Shown here in pieces: positions 21,416-30,799 of a stretch of 64,000 nt of DNA. The first letter of the stretch is position 1. Every line of letters starts with the position of its first letter. The position numbers were made by a program, and so were the translations under genes. Source of the DNA: an uncultured Gammaproteobacteria bacterium (GTDB taxonomy: Bacteria > Patescibacteriota > Microgenomatia > Levybacterales > GWA1-39-11); contig CAZHDZ010000001.1 of the NCBI GenBank assembly GCA_964531275.1, positions 144,945 through 208,944 on the forward strand. The letters are read 5' to 3'. Under the pieces are notes generated by a model. That model was not told the DNA's origin and did not search any database. It worked only from the letters and a program-made list of their open reading frames with translations.

Positions 21416-22195
21416 ATGAAAAAAATATCAGTAGTTCTTGCTACATTTAACGAAGAAGAGAATTTGCCAAGATGTTTGGATTCTGTAAAAAATTTAGCAA
21501 GCGAAATAGTTATCGTAGATGGTACTTCTAAGGATAAAACAGTCGAAATAGCTAGGTCATATGGCGCTAATGTTCATGTCACGACAAACCCTCCAAATTT
21601 TCACATAAATAAGCAAAAGGCAATCGATTACGCTACAGGAGACTGGATATTACAAATGGATGCTGATGAAGTTGTTTCTGAGGAGCTTTCTTCAGAAATA
21701 AAAAAAGTTGTAGCAAAAGACCCACAAGAAAATGGTTACTGGATGCCGAGGAAGAATTATTTTTTAGGAAGATTTCTTTTAAAGGGTGGCCAATATCCTG
21801 ATTATACGGTTAGATTATATAAAAAAGGGCTAGGATATCTCCCGCAAAAAGATGTACATGAGCAGGCAGTTATTGAAGGCAAGGTGGGTTATCTAAAAGA
21901 AGCCTTATTGCATTACCCATATAAAGACTTTGCTTTTTATTGTAAAAAGTGGATGCGATACAATCATCTTCTTGCTATGCAAATCAATGAAGATCTAAAG
22001 AAGAAGAATTTTATTTTGAAAATAATTTTAGGAATTGGGTATACACTTGCAAAACCAGCTCACTGGATGTTAACGGCATATGGAAGACACAAAGGTTTTA
22101 TGGATGGATGGCAAGGATTCGTTTTTGCCCTAATGTCAGCGCTTCGATTTCCCGTGTCATATATACTATACTTAAGAAAGGACTTTAGAAATTAG
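21416..22195 (+). CDS. Glycosyltransferase family 2 (small, WaaE-like)
   Basis: The N-terminus reads ISVVLATFNEEENLPRCLDSVKNLASEIVIVDGTSKDKT, followed by QMDADE. It is a paralog of 4420..5175. Confidence 0.8.
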   Translation: MKKISVVLATFNEEENLPRCLDSVKNLASEIVIVDGTSKDKTVEIARSYGANVHVTTNPPNFHINKQKAIDYATGDWILQMDADEVVSEELSSEIKKVVAKDPQENGYWMPRKNYFLGRFLLKGGQYPDYTVRLYKKGLGYLPQKDVHEQAVIEGKVGYLKEALLHYPYKDFAFYCKKWMRYNHLLAMQINEDLKKKNFILKIILGIGYTLAKPAHWMLTAYGRHKGFMDGWQGFVFALMSALRFPVSYILYLRKDFRN

Positions 22196-22196
22196 T

Positions 22197-23171
22197 ATGG
22201 ATAAAAAAATATTAGTCACAGGAGGGGCAGGGTATATTGGTAGCTTTATGACACGAGCGCTTCTTAACAAAGGATATCAAGTTATTGTTCTTGATAGTCT
22301 TGAAAGGGGCAATCAAGATGTAATTCCCGAAAATGTAGCTTTTTATCAAGGCAAAGTCGGTGATCGTGAACTTCTTCACAAAATATTTCAAGAGAACCCA
22401 TTTGAGGCAGTCATACATTTCGCTGCTTATATTTCCATGAAAGAATCTATGGAAAATCCTGGCCTTTATTTTGAACAGAACACTCATCAAACGCAAATGC
22501 TACTAGATATCTTGCATGAATTAGGAGTCAAAAATATAATCTTTTCTTCAACTGCAGGAGTCTATGGTAATCCTGAAAGAGTACCTATACGGGAAGATGA
22601 CCGCAAAGATCCTACTAATCCTTATGGAGAAAGTAAATTAATGGTGGAAAAAATGCTTGCTTGGCATAATAAAATTTATGGTCTTAATTATGCTGTCTTA
22701 AGGTATTTTAATGCTTGTGGTGCATTATCTGATGGTAGCTTGGGCGAAAGGCACACTCCCGAAACGCATATAATTCCAATAGCTCTAAAATCCGCAAGGG
22801 AAGGTCAAGATTTTGTAATATATGGAAATAACTACAATACTCCTGATGGGACCTGCGTGCGAGACTACATCCACGTTCTAGATCTTGCAGAGGCACATTT
22901 ATTAGCTCTTGAAAAAATAATGGAGCAACCTGGAGGGTATACATATAATGTAGGCACAGGAAAGGGACACAGCAATAAAGAGGTGGCAAGCACAATTCAG
23001 GAAGTAACGGGACTTGCGCTTACAATTCGATTTGAAGACAGAAGACCCGGAGATGCCGATGAGCTAGTTGCAGATGTAAGTAGAATAAAAGACGAACTTC
23101 ACTTCGAGCCCAAATACTCCGACCTCCCAACTATTATCAGGAGTGCATTTGCGTGGCACAGTAATAATTAA
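22197..23171 (+). CDS. galE: UDP-glucose 4-epimerase
   Basis: The sequence contains KILVTGGAGYIGSFMTRALLNKGYQVIVLD and the catalytic YGESK (YxxxK). The overall length (324 aa) and motif order match GalE. Confidence 0.85.
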   Translation: MDKKILVTGGAGYIGSFMTRALLNKGYQVIVLDSLERGNQDVIPENVAFYQGKVGDRELLHKIFQENPFEAVIHFAAYISMKESMENPGLYFEQNTHQTQMLLDILHELGVKNIIFSSTAGVYGNPERVPIREDDRKDPTNPYGESKLMVEKMLAWHNKIYGLNYAVLRYFNACGALSDGSLGERHTPETHIIPIALKSAREGQDFVIYGNNYNTPDGTCVRDYIHVLDLAEAHLLALEKIMEQPGGYTYNVGTGKGHSNKEVASTIQEVTGLALTIRFEDRRPGDADELVADVSRIKDELHFEPKYSDLPTIIRSAFAWHSNN

Positions 23172-23180
23172 CAGTAAGTT

Positions 23181-24245
23181 ATGCTCATTGCAGTCGACGT
23201 TGCCCCTATAAGTTCCCAGACAGATAGTCAACACAAGGTTCGTGGTGTAGGAATGTACTTAAGCCTTTTGAAAGATAATCTTGAAAAGTATGACAGAAGG
23301 AATAACTATATCTTTAGTTCTAACATCCGGGAGGATGGCAAAGAGGCAGATATAGTACATTATCCATACCTCGATCCTTTTTTTGTAACCTTTCCTATTT
23401 TTAAAAAGAAAAAAACGGTAATTACTGTACACGATCTTATCCCAATTTCATATCCAAAACATTTTCCTGCAGGCGTAAAAGGTAAGATATCTTGGCAAAT
23501 AAATAGAAAAATCCTACATCAAGCAGACCTTATCTTGGCAGACTCAGAAGCTTCCAGGGAAAATATAGTAAAGTTTGTTGGTGTTTCCCACCAAAAAGTT
23601 AAAAGTGTTCTCTTGGGTGTTTCAGAGCATTTTAGGAAAGTAAATCTTCACCAAAATGACAGCGCAGCTATTTCTGAAAAGTACAATCTTCCAAAGAATT
23701 TTTTCTTGTATGTAGGAGATGTCACATGGAATAAAAATCTGCCTACGCTTATTAAAGCCGTTAAAGAGGTTAATATTCCAATCGTCATGGTTGGAAAAGC
23801 TCTGGTTACAGATTTTGACAAATCGAACATGTGGAACAAAGACAGAATAGTAGTTAGTTCAGAGACTAGCTCTAAGCTTTTTATTAAGCCGGGCTTTGTG
23901 AGCGAGGAAGAATTAGTAAAGCTTTACAATATGGCTATTGCAGTATGCATGCCTTCGGTGGATGAAGGATTTGGACTTCCCGTTCTTGAAGGGATGAGTT
24001 GCGGAACTCCAGTTATTGTCTCAGGTAGGGGTAGCTTGCCTGAAGTTGCTGGTGAAGCAGGCATATACGTTGACCACGCTAATTATCTGGATATTGCTTC
24101 TAAAATGCGTGATGTAGCTAACAACCGCGCTGTATATCAAAAATACAGCGACCTTTCCTTGAAGAGGTCACATTTTTTTTCAATTGAAAAAATGATAAGA
24201 GAGACGATTAGTGCATACGAACTTTTAAATGAAAAAACATCTTAA
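23181..24245 (+). CDS. Glycosyltransferase family 4
   Basis: The C-terminal domain motif is PSVDEGFGLPVLEGMSCGTPVIVSGRGSLPEVAGEAG. Confidence 0.8.
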   Translation: MLIAVDVAPISSQTDSQHKVRGVGMYLSLLKDNLEKYDRRNNYIFSSNIREDGKEADIVHYPYLDPFFVTFPIFKKKKTVITVHDLIPISYPKHFPAGVKGKISWQINRKILHQADLILADSEASRENIVKFVGVSHQKVKSVLLGVSEHFRKVNLHQNDSAAISEKYNLPKNFFLYVGDVTWNKNLPTLIKAVKEVNIPIVMVGKALVTDFDKSNMWNKDRIVVSSETSSKLFIKPGFVSEEELVKLYNMAIAVCMPSVDEGFGLPVLEGMSCGTPVIVSGRGSLPEVAGEAGIYVDHANYLDIASKMRDVANNRAVYQKYSDLSLKRSHFFSIEKMIRETISAYELLNEKTS

Positions 24246-25482
24246 TAAAGCTCTCAAAAACCCTCTTTTTGCAGGTTCATTCTTCCTGTTTTCGGGGGGT
24301 CTTTTAGCTAACTTCTTTAACTTTCTTTTTAACTTACTTATGAGTAGAAATTTAATTGTTGAAGAATATGGTCTCCTAACAAGCATTGTTTCATTAATAA
24401 CGTTACTCTCAATTCCCGCAGGTGCAGTAACACCAACAGTTGTAAGCACCGCAGGAGAATATTTTGCGAATAAAAAGAATAATTTTCTTCATGCGTTTTA
24501 TATTAAGCTTTTTCGACCTCTAGCTATTTCAGGAGTAATACTAATGGTGCTGTTCTTCGTTTTTTCAAAACAAGCTGAGGCTTTTTTTAACATTCACAAT
24601 CCACTTTTATTTTTTATAGCAATTATTTGTGTTCTTATTTCATATATGACAACGCTCAATAATTCTTTTGCACAAGCAAGTCTTGCTTTTAGATATTTAT
24701 CTTTCTCAAACGCTATAGCTGCTTTTGTGAAAGTTGCTTGTGCTTTTTTGCTTGTATTAATGGGGTGGGGCTTATATGGGGCAATTTTTGGATTTGTGGC
24801 ATCCACACTCGTTCTATTTGGCTTTGGGATTTATTACCTGAGAGGTATTATATTTTTTAAAGCTGATGCAGTTCCAAGCATTTCATACAAAGAACTTATC
24901 TCATTTGGGATTCCATCAGCGGTAATAATATTTTGCTTGAATGCTCTTATCTCAAACGACATTTTATTAGTTAAGCACTTATTTAGTGCCTATGAAACTG
25001 GGCAATATGCAGGTCTATCGTTAGTTGGCAGAGTTATTTTTTATATTAGTGCTCCCGTAAGTACTGTCATGTTCCCAATCTTAATAAATAGGTATGCTTC
25101 CAACCAAAATTACAAAGGAGTATTGTATCTTTCAATTTTTATAGTCGGTTCTTTCTGTCTGCTGATAACGTTGTTTTATTCCCTTTTTCCTGAGTTTGCT
25201 ATACTTTTCTTCCTTAAAAACAAAGAATACCTCGAAATAAGTAAGTACCTTCCGTTGTTTGGCATATTCATAACTTTATATTCTGTGCTTTCTCTATTTG
25301 CTTACTATTTTCTTTCGATTAAAAAAACAAGTTTTGCTTGGATTCTTCTTTCCGGAACGATTACCCAGGCAGTACTAATATACACATTTCATGCAGATTT
25401 TGGCCAAATTGTGTTATCCTCAATAGCTGTTGCAGCAAGCCTTCTTTTAGTATCTATATATCTACTAAAAGCACAAAAATAG
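24229..25482 (+). CDS. Wzx-like polysaccharide/oligosaccharide flippase (MOP superfamily)
   Basis: 417 aa with about 12 TM helices. The N-terminus (...NFLFNLLMSRNLIVEEYGLLTSIVSLITLLSIP) is typical of the polysaccharide biosynthesis protein family. It lies in the glycan locus. Confidence 0.6.
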   Translation: MKKHLNKALKNPLFAGSFFLFSGGLLANFFNFLFNLLMSRNLIVEEYGLLTSIVSLITLLSIPAGAVTPTVVSTAGEYFANKKNNFLHAFYIKLFRPLAISGVILMVLFFVFSKQAEAFFNIHNPLLFFIAIICVLISYMTTLNNSFAQASLAFRYLSFSNAIAAFVKVACAFLLVLMGWGLYGAIFGFVASTLVLFGFGIYYLRGIIFFKADAVPSISYKELISFGIPSAVIIFCLNALISNDILLVKHLFSAYETGQYAGLSLVGRVIFYISAPVSTVMFPILINRYASNQNYKGVLYLSIFIVGSFCLLITLFYSLFPEFAILFFLKNKEYLEISKYLPLFGIFITLYSVLSLFAYYFLSIKKTSFAWILLSGTITQAVLIYTFHADFGQIVLSSIAVAASLLLVSIYLLKAQK

Positions 25483-25543
25483 TTTTTTCTTCTTTAAGGT
25501 CATTGCTTAATAACGCGAGCTAACTTAAAATAGCAGAAAGTCG

Positions 25544-27424
25544 ATGAACAAAGGAAAAATTCGAAGAATCTCCCTCATTATTCCTGCCTACAAACAAGAA
25601 AAAACGATAGTTTCAAATGTCAAAAAGCTGGTTACTGTTATGAAAGAGCTTAAATATGCGTTTGAAATAATTATTGTCGTAGACGGAAGGCTGGACAAAA
25701 CATATGAGAGAATAAAAGAGCATCAGTCATCACGAATCCGAGTTTACCAGTATAAGGACAATCAAGGAAAGGGTTATGCTGTGAAGTTTGGTGCGGCAAA
25801 GGCTAGGGGGGATGTCATTGGTTTTCTGGATGCAGGACTTGATATTGATCCCACAGGGGTCTCGATGCTGTTAAATCATATGATTTGGTATGACGCAGAC
25901 GTTATAGTCGGAAGCAAAATGCATCCAGCGTCACAAGTTGACTATCCATTTTATAGAAAAATGTTTTCGTGGGGATATAGAACTTTTACTCACTTGCTTT
26001 TTGGACTGAGAGTTAAAGACACTCAGGCAGGTATCAAATTTTACAAAAAAAAAGTAGTTGAGGATGTTTTTCCAAGGCTTCTTGTAAAAAATTTTGCATT
26101 TGATATCGAAATTTTGGCTCTTGCTTACGCTCTTGGCTACAAAAGGATTTACGAGGCTCCTATTAGACTACAATTTACAGGCGTAAGCTCAATCACTTCC
26201 AGAAGTCTTTGGAAAATTATTTCATTAATGATAATTGATACTATCGCAATATTTTATAGAGTAAGAATTATAAAATATTACCGAAACAGTAATAAAACGA
26301 ATTGGCTAACGAATAAGAAATCAAGAATATTAGTTCTCAACTGGCGTGATCCCTATCATCCTCTTGCAGGTGGAGCCGAAATATCTTTGAATCAGCACGT
26401 TAAGTATTGGGTAAAAAAAGGCATAGACGTTACGTGGTGCACCTCAAGATACGAAGGAAGCCTGCCAATCGAACGACGCGATGGGATTACCTTTATAAGA
26501 AAGGGAAATCATTTCACAAGCTTTATGATATTTCTCTTTTATTTCAACTTTCACAGAGACAGATACAGCCTCATAATCGATAGTTTTCACTTTTTTCCAT
26601 ACTTTTCAGTTTTTTATAAGAATAAGCCGGAAATTGTAGGACTTATAAATGAAGTTGCGGGAAAAATTTGGTTCAAAAATCTTATTTTCCCCTTGGCTCT
26701 TATTGGATATCTGCTTGAGCCATATATCATTAGACTTTATAAAGGTAGGACCTTCATTACAGGTTCTGAGTCAGCCAGAGACGACTTAGTTAAAATTGGA
26801 ATCTCTAAGAAAAAAATTCATGTTATACATCATGGATTTACGCCATCAAAAAAGTTACAAAAATCGAAAAAGAATCCATTTGGATTGGTGTTTCTTGCCA
26901 GGATATCAAAGGACAAAGGAATTGAGGACGCATTGGAAGTGGTCAAGAAAATATCAAAAAAACACAAAAAGATTGAGCTGACCGTAATTGGTAAAAGTGA
27001 ATCGGATAAATATCAAGCTTATGTTAAAAAACTTATTAAGGACAAAAAGATACAAAAAAATTGCAAGATTGTCGGTTTTGTGAATGAGCAGGAAAAATTT
27101 AGAATTCTGGCTCAGTCAAAGCTTTTGATCCATCCATCCATTAAAGAAGGATGGGGTCTTAACGTGATCGAAGCAAACTCCGTAGGCACTCCAGCAGTTG
27201 GTTACAAAGTTGAAGGATTGGTTGATTCCGTAGTGGATCGCGAAACAGGATTACTTGTACCGATGGATATCGACAACCTTTATGAAGCAACCCTTTCACT
27301 TTTGGATAATCAGGAATTGTACGAGCAGCTTTCGAGGAAAGCTATCGGCTGGTCAAAAAAGTTTAGTTGGAGTGAGGCAGGAAAAGAAAGCTACAATCTT
27401 CTTAAAAAAAGAATGTCGCTTTGA
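25544..27424 (+). CDS. Bifunctional glycosyltransferase: an N-terminal GT2 (Dpm1-like, with TM segments) fused to a C-terminal GT4
   Basis: The N-terminal part reads ISLIIPAYKQEKTIVSNVKKL...IIVVDGRLDKT...DAGLDIDPTG. The C-terminal part reads LIHPSIKEGWGLNVIEANSVGTPAVGYKVEGLVDSVVDRETGLL. A hydrophobic linker lies between the two halves. Confidence 0.75.
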   Translation: MNKGKIRRISLIIPAYKQEKTIVSNVKKLVTVMKELKYAFEIIIVVDGRLDKTYERIKEHQSSRIRVYQYKDNQGKGYAVKFGAAKARGDVIGFLDAGLDIDPTGVSMLLNHMIWYDADVIVGSKMHPASQVDYPFYRKMFSWGYRTFTHLLFGLRVKDTQAGIKFYKKKVVEDVFPRLLVKNFAFDIEILALAYALGYKRIYEAPIRLQFTGVSSITSRSLWKIISLMIIDTIAIFYRVRIIKYYRNSNKTNWLTNKKSRILVLNWRDPYHPLAGGAEISLNQHVKYWVKKGIDVTWCTSRYEGSLPIERRDGITFIRKGNHFTSFMIFLFYFNFHRDRYSLIIDSFHFFPYFSVFYKNKPEIVGLINEVAGKIWFKNLIFPLALIGYLLEPYIIRLYKGRTFITGSESARDDLVKIGISKKKIHVIHHGFTPSKKLQKSKKNPFGLVFLARISKDKGIEDALEVVKKISKKHKKIELTVIGKSESDKYQAYVKKLIKDKKIQKNCKIVGFVNEQEKFRILAQSKLLIHPSIKEGWGLNVIEANSVGTPAVGYKVEGLVDSVVDRETGLLVPMDIDNLYEATLSLLDNQELYEQLSRKAIGWSKKFSWSEAGKESYNLLKKRMSL

Positions 27425-27461
27425 CAGAGAGCTAAATATTGTGTAATCTAGACGAATTGAA

Positions 27462-28619
27462 ATGAATAAGTTTATACATTTTGCGCAACCTCTTTTTGGT
27501 GACGAGGAAAAAAAGGAGGTCATAAAGGCACTTGATTCAGGTTGGGTAACCTTAGGCCCGGGTACAAAAGCATTTGAAGAGCAATTTGCCAGCTATACAG
27601 GTGCTAAATATGCGGTGGCACTTAGTTCATGCACAGCAGCACTTCATTTAGCCCTTATCGCGGCAGGCATAGGCCCAGGCGACGAAGTAATCACTACAAT
27701 TTTTACATTTTCAGCCACAATAAATCCAATACTTCACGTAGGAGGAATACCAGTGCTTGTCGACATAGATGAAAAGACAATGAATATAGACCCGGAACTG
27801 ATAGAGCAGAAGATAACTTCAAAAACAAAAGCAATTATCCCAATGCACTACGGAGGATATCCGTGCGATATGGATAAAATTATGAAGATTGCCAGAAAGC
27901 ATAAGCTCATTGTTATAGAGGATGCTGCTACTGCAATTGGTACAACTTTCAAGAATAAAAGAGTTGGTAATATTGGAGATATGACCTGTTTTTCTTTTCA
28001 CCCAATTAAAAATATGTCAACTGGAGACGGTGGGATGCTTACTACAAATAGTAAGGGGTATGCAGAAAAAGTTGCTCTTTTAAGACTGCATGGAATGAGT
28101 AAAGAAGCATGGAAAAGACATACGGCGGCAGGTTCCTGGAAATATGACATTGTTGTGCCGGGTTTTAAATACAACATGACAGACATTCAGGCAGCATTGG
28201 GAAGAGTGCAACTTAGAAGGCTTGATAAATTTAACCAAACAAGGAAAAAATACGCAAAAATTTATAACAAAGAACTGTCAAAGATTTCTGAAATAACAGT
28301 TCCAACTTTTTCCGAGGATTCAGGTTCTTCCTATGATCTATATACGATAAGGATTAATACAAAAAAACTTTCAGTCTCACGAGATCAGATTGTTGACCTA
28401 CTTAAGGAGAAGGGAATAGGGGTAAGTGTTTATTACATTCCATTATTCGAGTTCAGTTACTTTAAGAGAGAATTGGGTCTTAAGAAAGCTAACTATCCAA
28501 AAGCAGCAAGGGTGTATGAAAATATGATGTCACTTCCTTTGTATCCCAAAATGAGTACTGATGATTTAAAGCGTGTTATAGCTACTCTTTCTGGAATAAT
28601 TAATTCTCACCGTAAATGA
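27462..28619 (+). CDS. PLP-dependent nucleotide-sugar aminotransferase, DegT/DnrJ/EryC1/StrS family (WecE/ArnB/PglE-like)
   Basis: The sequence contains LFGDEEKKEVIKALDSGWVTLGPGTKAFEEQFASYTGAKYAVALSSCTAALHLAL. The PLP-lysine motif FSFHPIKNMSTGDGG is intact. Confidence 0.85.
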   Translation: MNKFIHFAQPLFGDEEKKEVIKALDSGWVTLGPGTKAFEEQFASYTGAKYAVALSSCTAALHLALIAAGIGPGDEVITTIFTFSATINPILHVGGIPVLVDIDEKTMNIDPELIEQKITSKTKAIIPMHYGGYPCDMDKIMKIARKHKLIVIEDAATAIGTTFKNKRVGNIGDMTCFSFHPIKNMSTGDGGMLTTNSKGYAEKVALLRLHGMSKEAWKRHTAAGSWKYDIVVPGFKYNMTDIQAALGRVQLRRLDKFNQTRKKYAKIYNKELSKISEITVPTFSEDSGSSYDLYTIRINTKKLSVSRDQIVDLLKEKGIGVSVYYIPLFEFSYFKRELGLKKANYPKAARVYENMMSLPLYPKMSTDDLKRVIATLSGIINSHRK

Positions 28620-29317
28620 ACCCTCAATACGCCTGGTCTCCAAATAATTTTGATGCAGAAATACTTGGTGTCAATGTTGCAAAAATAACGACAGTTAACG
28701 ATTTAGGATCTATAAAAAAAATGCTCATTGAACTAGCTGATAATAAAATTGAATATGCACATTACAGATTAAAATCTAATGAAATAGAGATTATCCAAGA
28801 GCTTGAGAGAAATGGATTTATTTTTGTTGATGGTACGATTGCATTTATTAATGAGAATTTAGGTAATGATGATAGAATTAATTCAATCCGACTGGTAGAT
28901 CCAAAGGAAATAGAAAATCTTAAAGAAATCGCCTCGACCTTTCATGGCACGCGTTTTTTTAATGATTCACGAATTGATAAGAGAACGGCAACCGAAATAT
29001 ACAAAAGGTGGATCGAAAATTCAGTGAAGGATGAGACGGTCCAGGTTTTTGTATATACTGATGATGAAAAAATTTCAGGATTTGTGACTGTCCAAGATGA
29101 CCATATTGTTCTCATTGCAGTAAAGTCAGAAATGCAGGGTCGAGGGATAGGCAAAAAATTAGTTAAGCATGCCTTAGCTGTTATTAAAAAAAATGGTTTT
29201 AACTCGGCTTATATAGAAACCCAAATGCAGAACATCCCTGCTATTGGTGCCTATATCTCAAACGGATTCAAGGTGCTTGATACTTATGTAACTCTTGCAT
29301 GGGGAAAGACGCCTTAG
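28616..29317 (+). CDS. GNAT N-acetyltransferase, WecD-like (amino-sugar N-acetyltransferase)
   Basis: 233 aa. It has a C-terminal GNAT motif (EMQGRGIGKKLVKHALAVIKKNGFNSAYIETQMQNIPAIGAYISNGF). It is ATGA-coupled directly downstream of the DegT aminotransferase, as in the wecE-wecD arrangement. Confidence 0.6.
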   Translation: MNPQYAWSPNNFDAEILGVNVAKITTVNDLGSIKKMLIELADNKIEYAHYRLKSNEIEIIQELERNGFIFVDGTIAFINENLGNDDRINSIRLVDPKEIENLKEIASTFHGTRFFNDSRIDKRTATEIYKRWIENSVKDETVQVFVYTDDEKISGFVTVQDDHIVLIAVKSEMQGRGIGKKLVKHALAVIKKNGFNSAYIETQMQNIPAIGAYISNGFKVLDTYVTLAWGKTP

Positions 29318-29330
29318 TACAATGCAATCC

Positions 29331-30797
29331 ATGATCCTTTTAGGTCTTATTATCCCCGCGATCGCTATCATTTTTGAATCCTATCCAAGATTAGTTAATA
29401 GAAAGTTTGGGGTGGATATATGGACACATCTTCTTTATCTTAGGGAATACAGAAAACAAAATCGGATTCCTCAAAAAATAACTCATGGATTTCTCGTGCC
29501 GGGAGTTTATGATTACCCACCAGCATTTATATTTATAATGTCTAAATTTCCTGAAAAACTTGTAAAAAAGTATGAATTTTTGTTTTCGCCAATATTTGAT
29601 GCCTTACATCTTTTTTTGATCTTCATCCTAATCGTGAGTATTACGCAGAATATCTATCTAGCTCTTTTAACACAACTGCTTTATGTTGTAACCCCCATTG
29701 TAGTACTTGAGAATTCAAGCGCTACTCCAAGATCTCTTGGATATACCTTATTTTCAATTGTTTTTATGCTTTTGTATTTCTTCGGAGTTAGTCAAAATTT
29801 TTATTACTTTTTAGCCGCAATACTTGCAGGATCACTAATATTCCTATCACATAGATTCACATCTCAAGGATTTCTTTTTTACTCGGTTATTTTTTCGCTG
29901 TATTTTTTAACTCCAAATTTCATCATAGCATTTGTGTTGTCATTTCTTCTTGCTATAGTCTTTTCAAGAAAGTTTTACCTCACAGTTCTTCGTGGCCATT
30001 TGGGAAACTTAAAATTTTGGTATCAAGTAATAGCCTTTAGGTTTTACCATCAGGTTAAAGGAGAGTCTCGAAAGAATTCAAGTAATGATTTTGTCTTTAA
30101 TTTATACAATCAGTTTCTGAAGTTTCCGCCTTTTATTCTTGCTATTACTAACCCTTGGGTAATAGCTAGCGTTTATGGTATTTTGATTGGTACGCACAGT
30201 TCCCTTGTAAGTTATTTCATTGTATGGGTGATCACGTCATATGTATTGGCAATTCTAACTCTGTGGGTTCCCAAATTAAGATTTCTTGGAGAAGGGCAAA
30301 GATATCTGGAATTATCTGCTTTTCCTGCGGCATTTGTTGCAGCTCAACTATTTCTAGAATTCTTTAATAGTAAAAACCCCTTTGTTGTAGCTCTATACTC
30401 TTTTATATCAACTCTTTGCATAGTAACAATAGTTGTAATCCAAAGAAAGGCAATTATTAAAGATAGACTTAGAACAATTACTCCTGAGCTTTCAAATATG
30501 TTTGTTTATCTTAGAGCTCTTAAGAAAAAGCCAAAATTATTATGTATTCCACATCAAATAACTACGAATGTGATTTATCACACAGGATGTCCTGTATTTG
30601 TAAATGCGGACTACACGCATATATCAAGAATTTCAGATGTTTACCCTTATTTAAAATTACCAATTAAAAAAATCATGAAAAAATATGGCCTTGAGATGGT
30701 TCTTCTAAATGAAGAGTATGCAACGGTGAAAGACCTAAGGATACATAAATACAAAATTGTAAAGAGGTTTAGCAATTACGTATTAATTTCAATCTAG
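29331..30797 (+). CDS. Polytopic membrane protein, family unknown (paralog of the ORF at 30800..32287)
   Basis: The ORF track starts at 29295, but alignment with the minus-strand paralog (MILLIAIIVPVLGFILQSYPRLFN versus MILLGLIIPAIAIIFESYPRLVN) favours the ATG at 29331. About 12 TM helices are predicted. Confidence 0.6.
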   Translation: MILLGLIIPAIAIIFESYPRLVNRKFGVDIWTHLLYLREYRKQNRIPQKITHGFLVPGVYDYPPAFIFIMSKFPEKLVKKYEFLFSPIFDALHLFLIFILIVSITQNIYLALLTQLLYVVTPIVVLENSSATPRSLGYTLFSIVFMLLYFFGVSQNFYYFLAAILAGSLIFLSHRFTSQGFLFYSVIFSLYFLTPNFIIAFVLSFLLAIVFSRKFYLTVLRGHLGNLKFWYQVIAFRFYHQVKGESRKNSSNDFVFNLYNQFLKFPPFILAITNPWVIASVYGILIGTHSSLVSYFIVWVITSYVLAILTLWVPKLRFLGEGQRYLELSAFPAAFVAAQLFLEFFNSKNPFVVALYSFISTLCIVTIVVIQRKAIIKDRLRTITPELSNMFVYLRALKKKPKLLCIPHQITTNVIYHTGCPVFVNADYTHISRISDVYPYLKLPIKKIMKKYGLEMVLLNEEYATVKDLRIHKYKIVKRFSNYVLISI

Positions 30798-30799
30798 AA

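Noticed and set aside
29295-29330. Longer N-terminus (MHGERRLSTMQS) for the 29295..30797 membrane protein
   Set aside because: Alignment with the convergent paralog shows the proteins become homologous from MILLGL / MILLIA. The extra residues are unmatched, and the 29295 start overlaps the upstream GNAT gene by 23 nt. Start 29331 is preferred, though 29322 is also possible.
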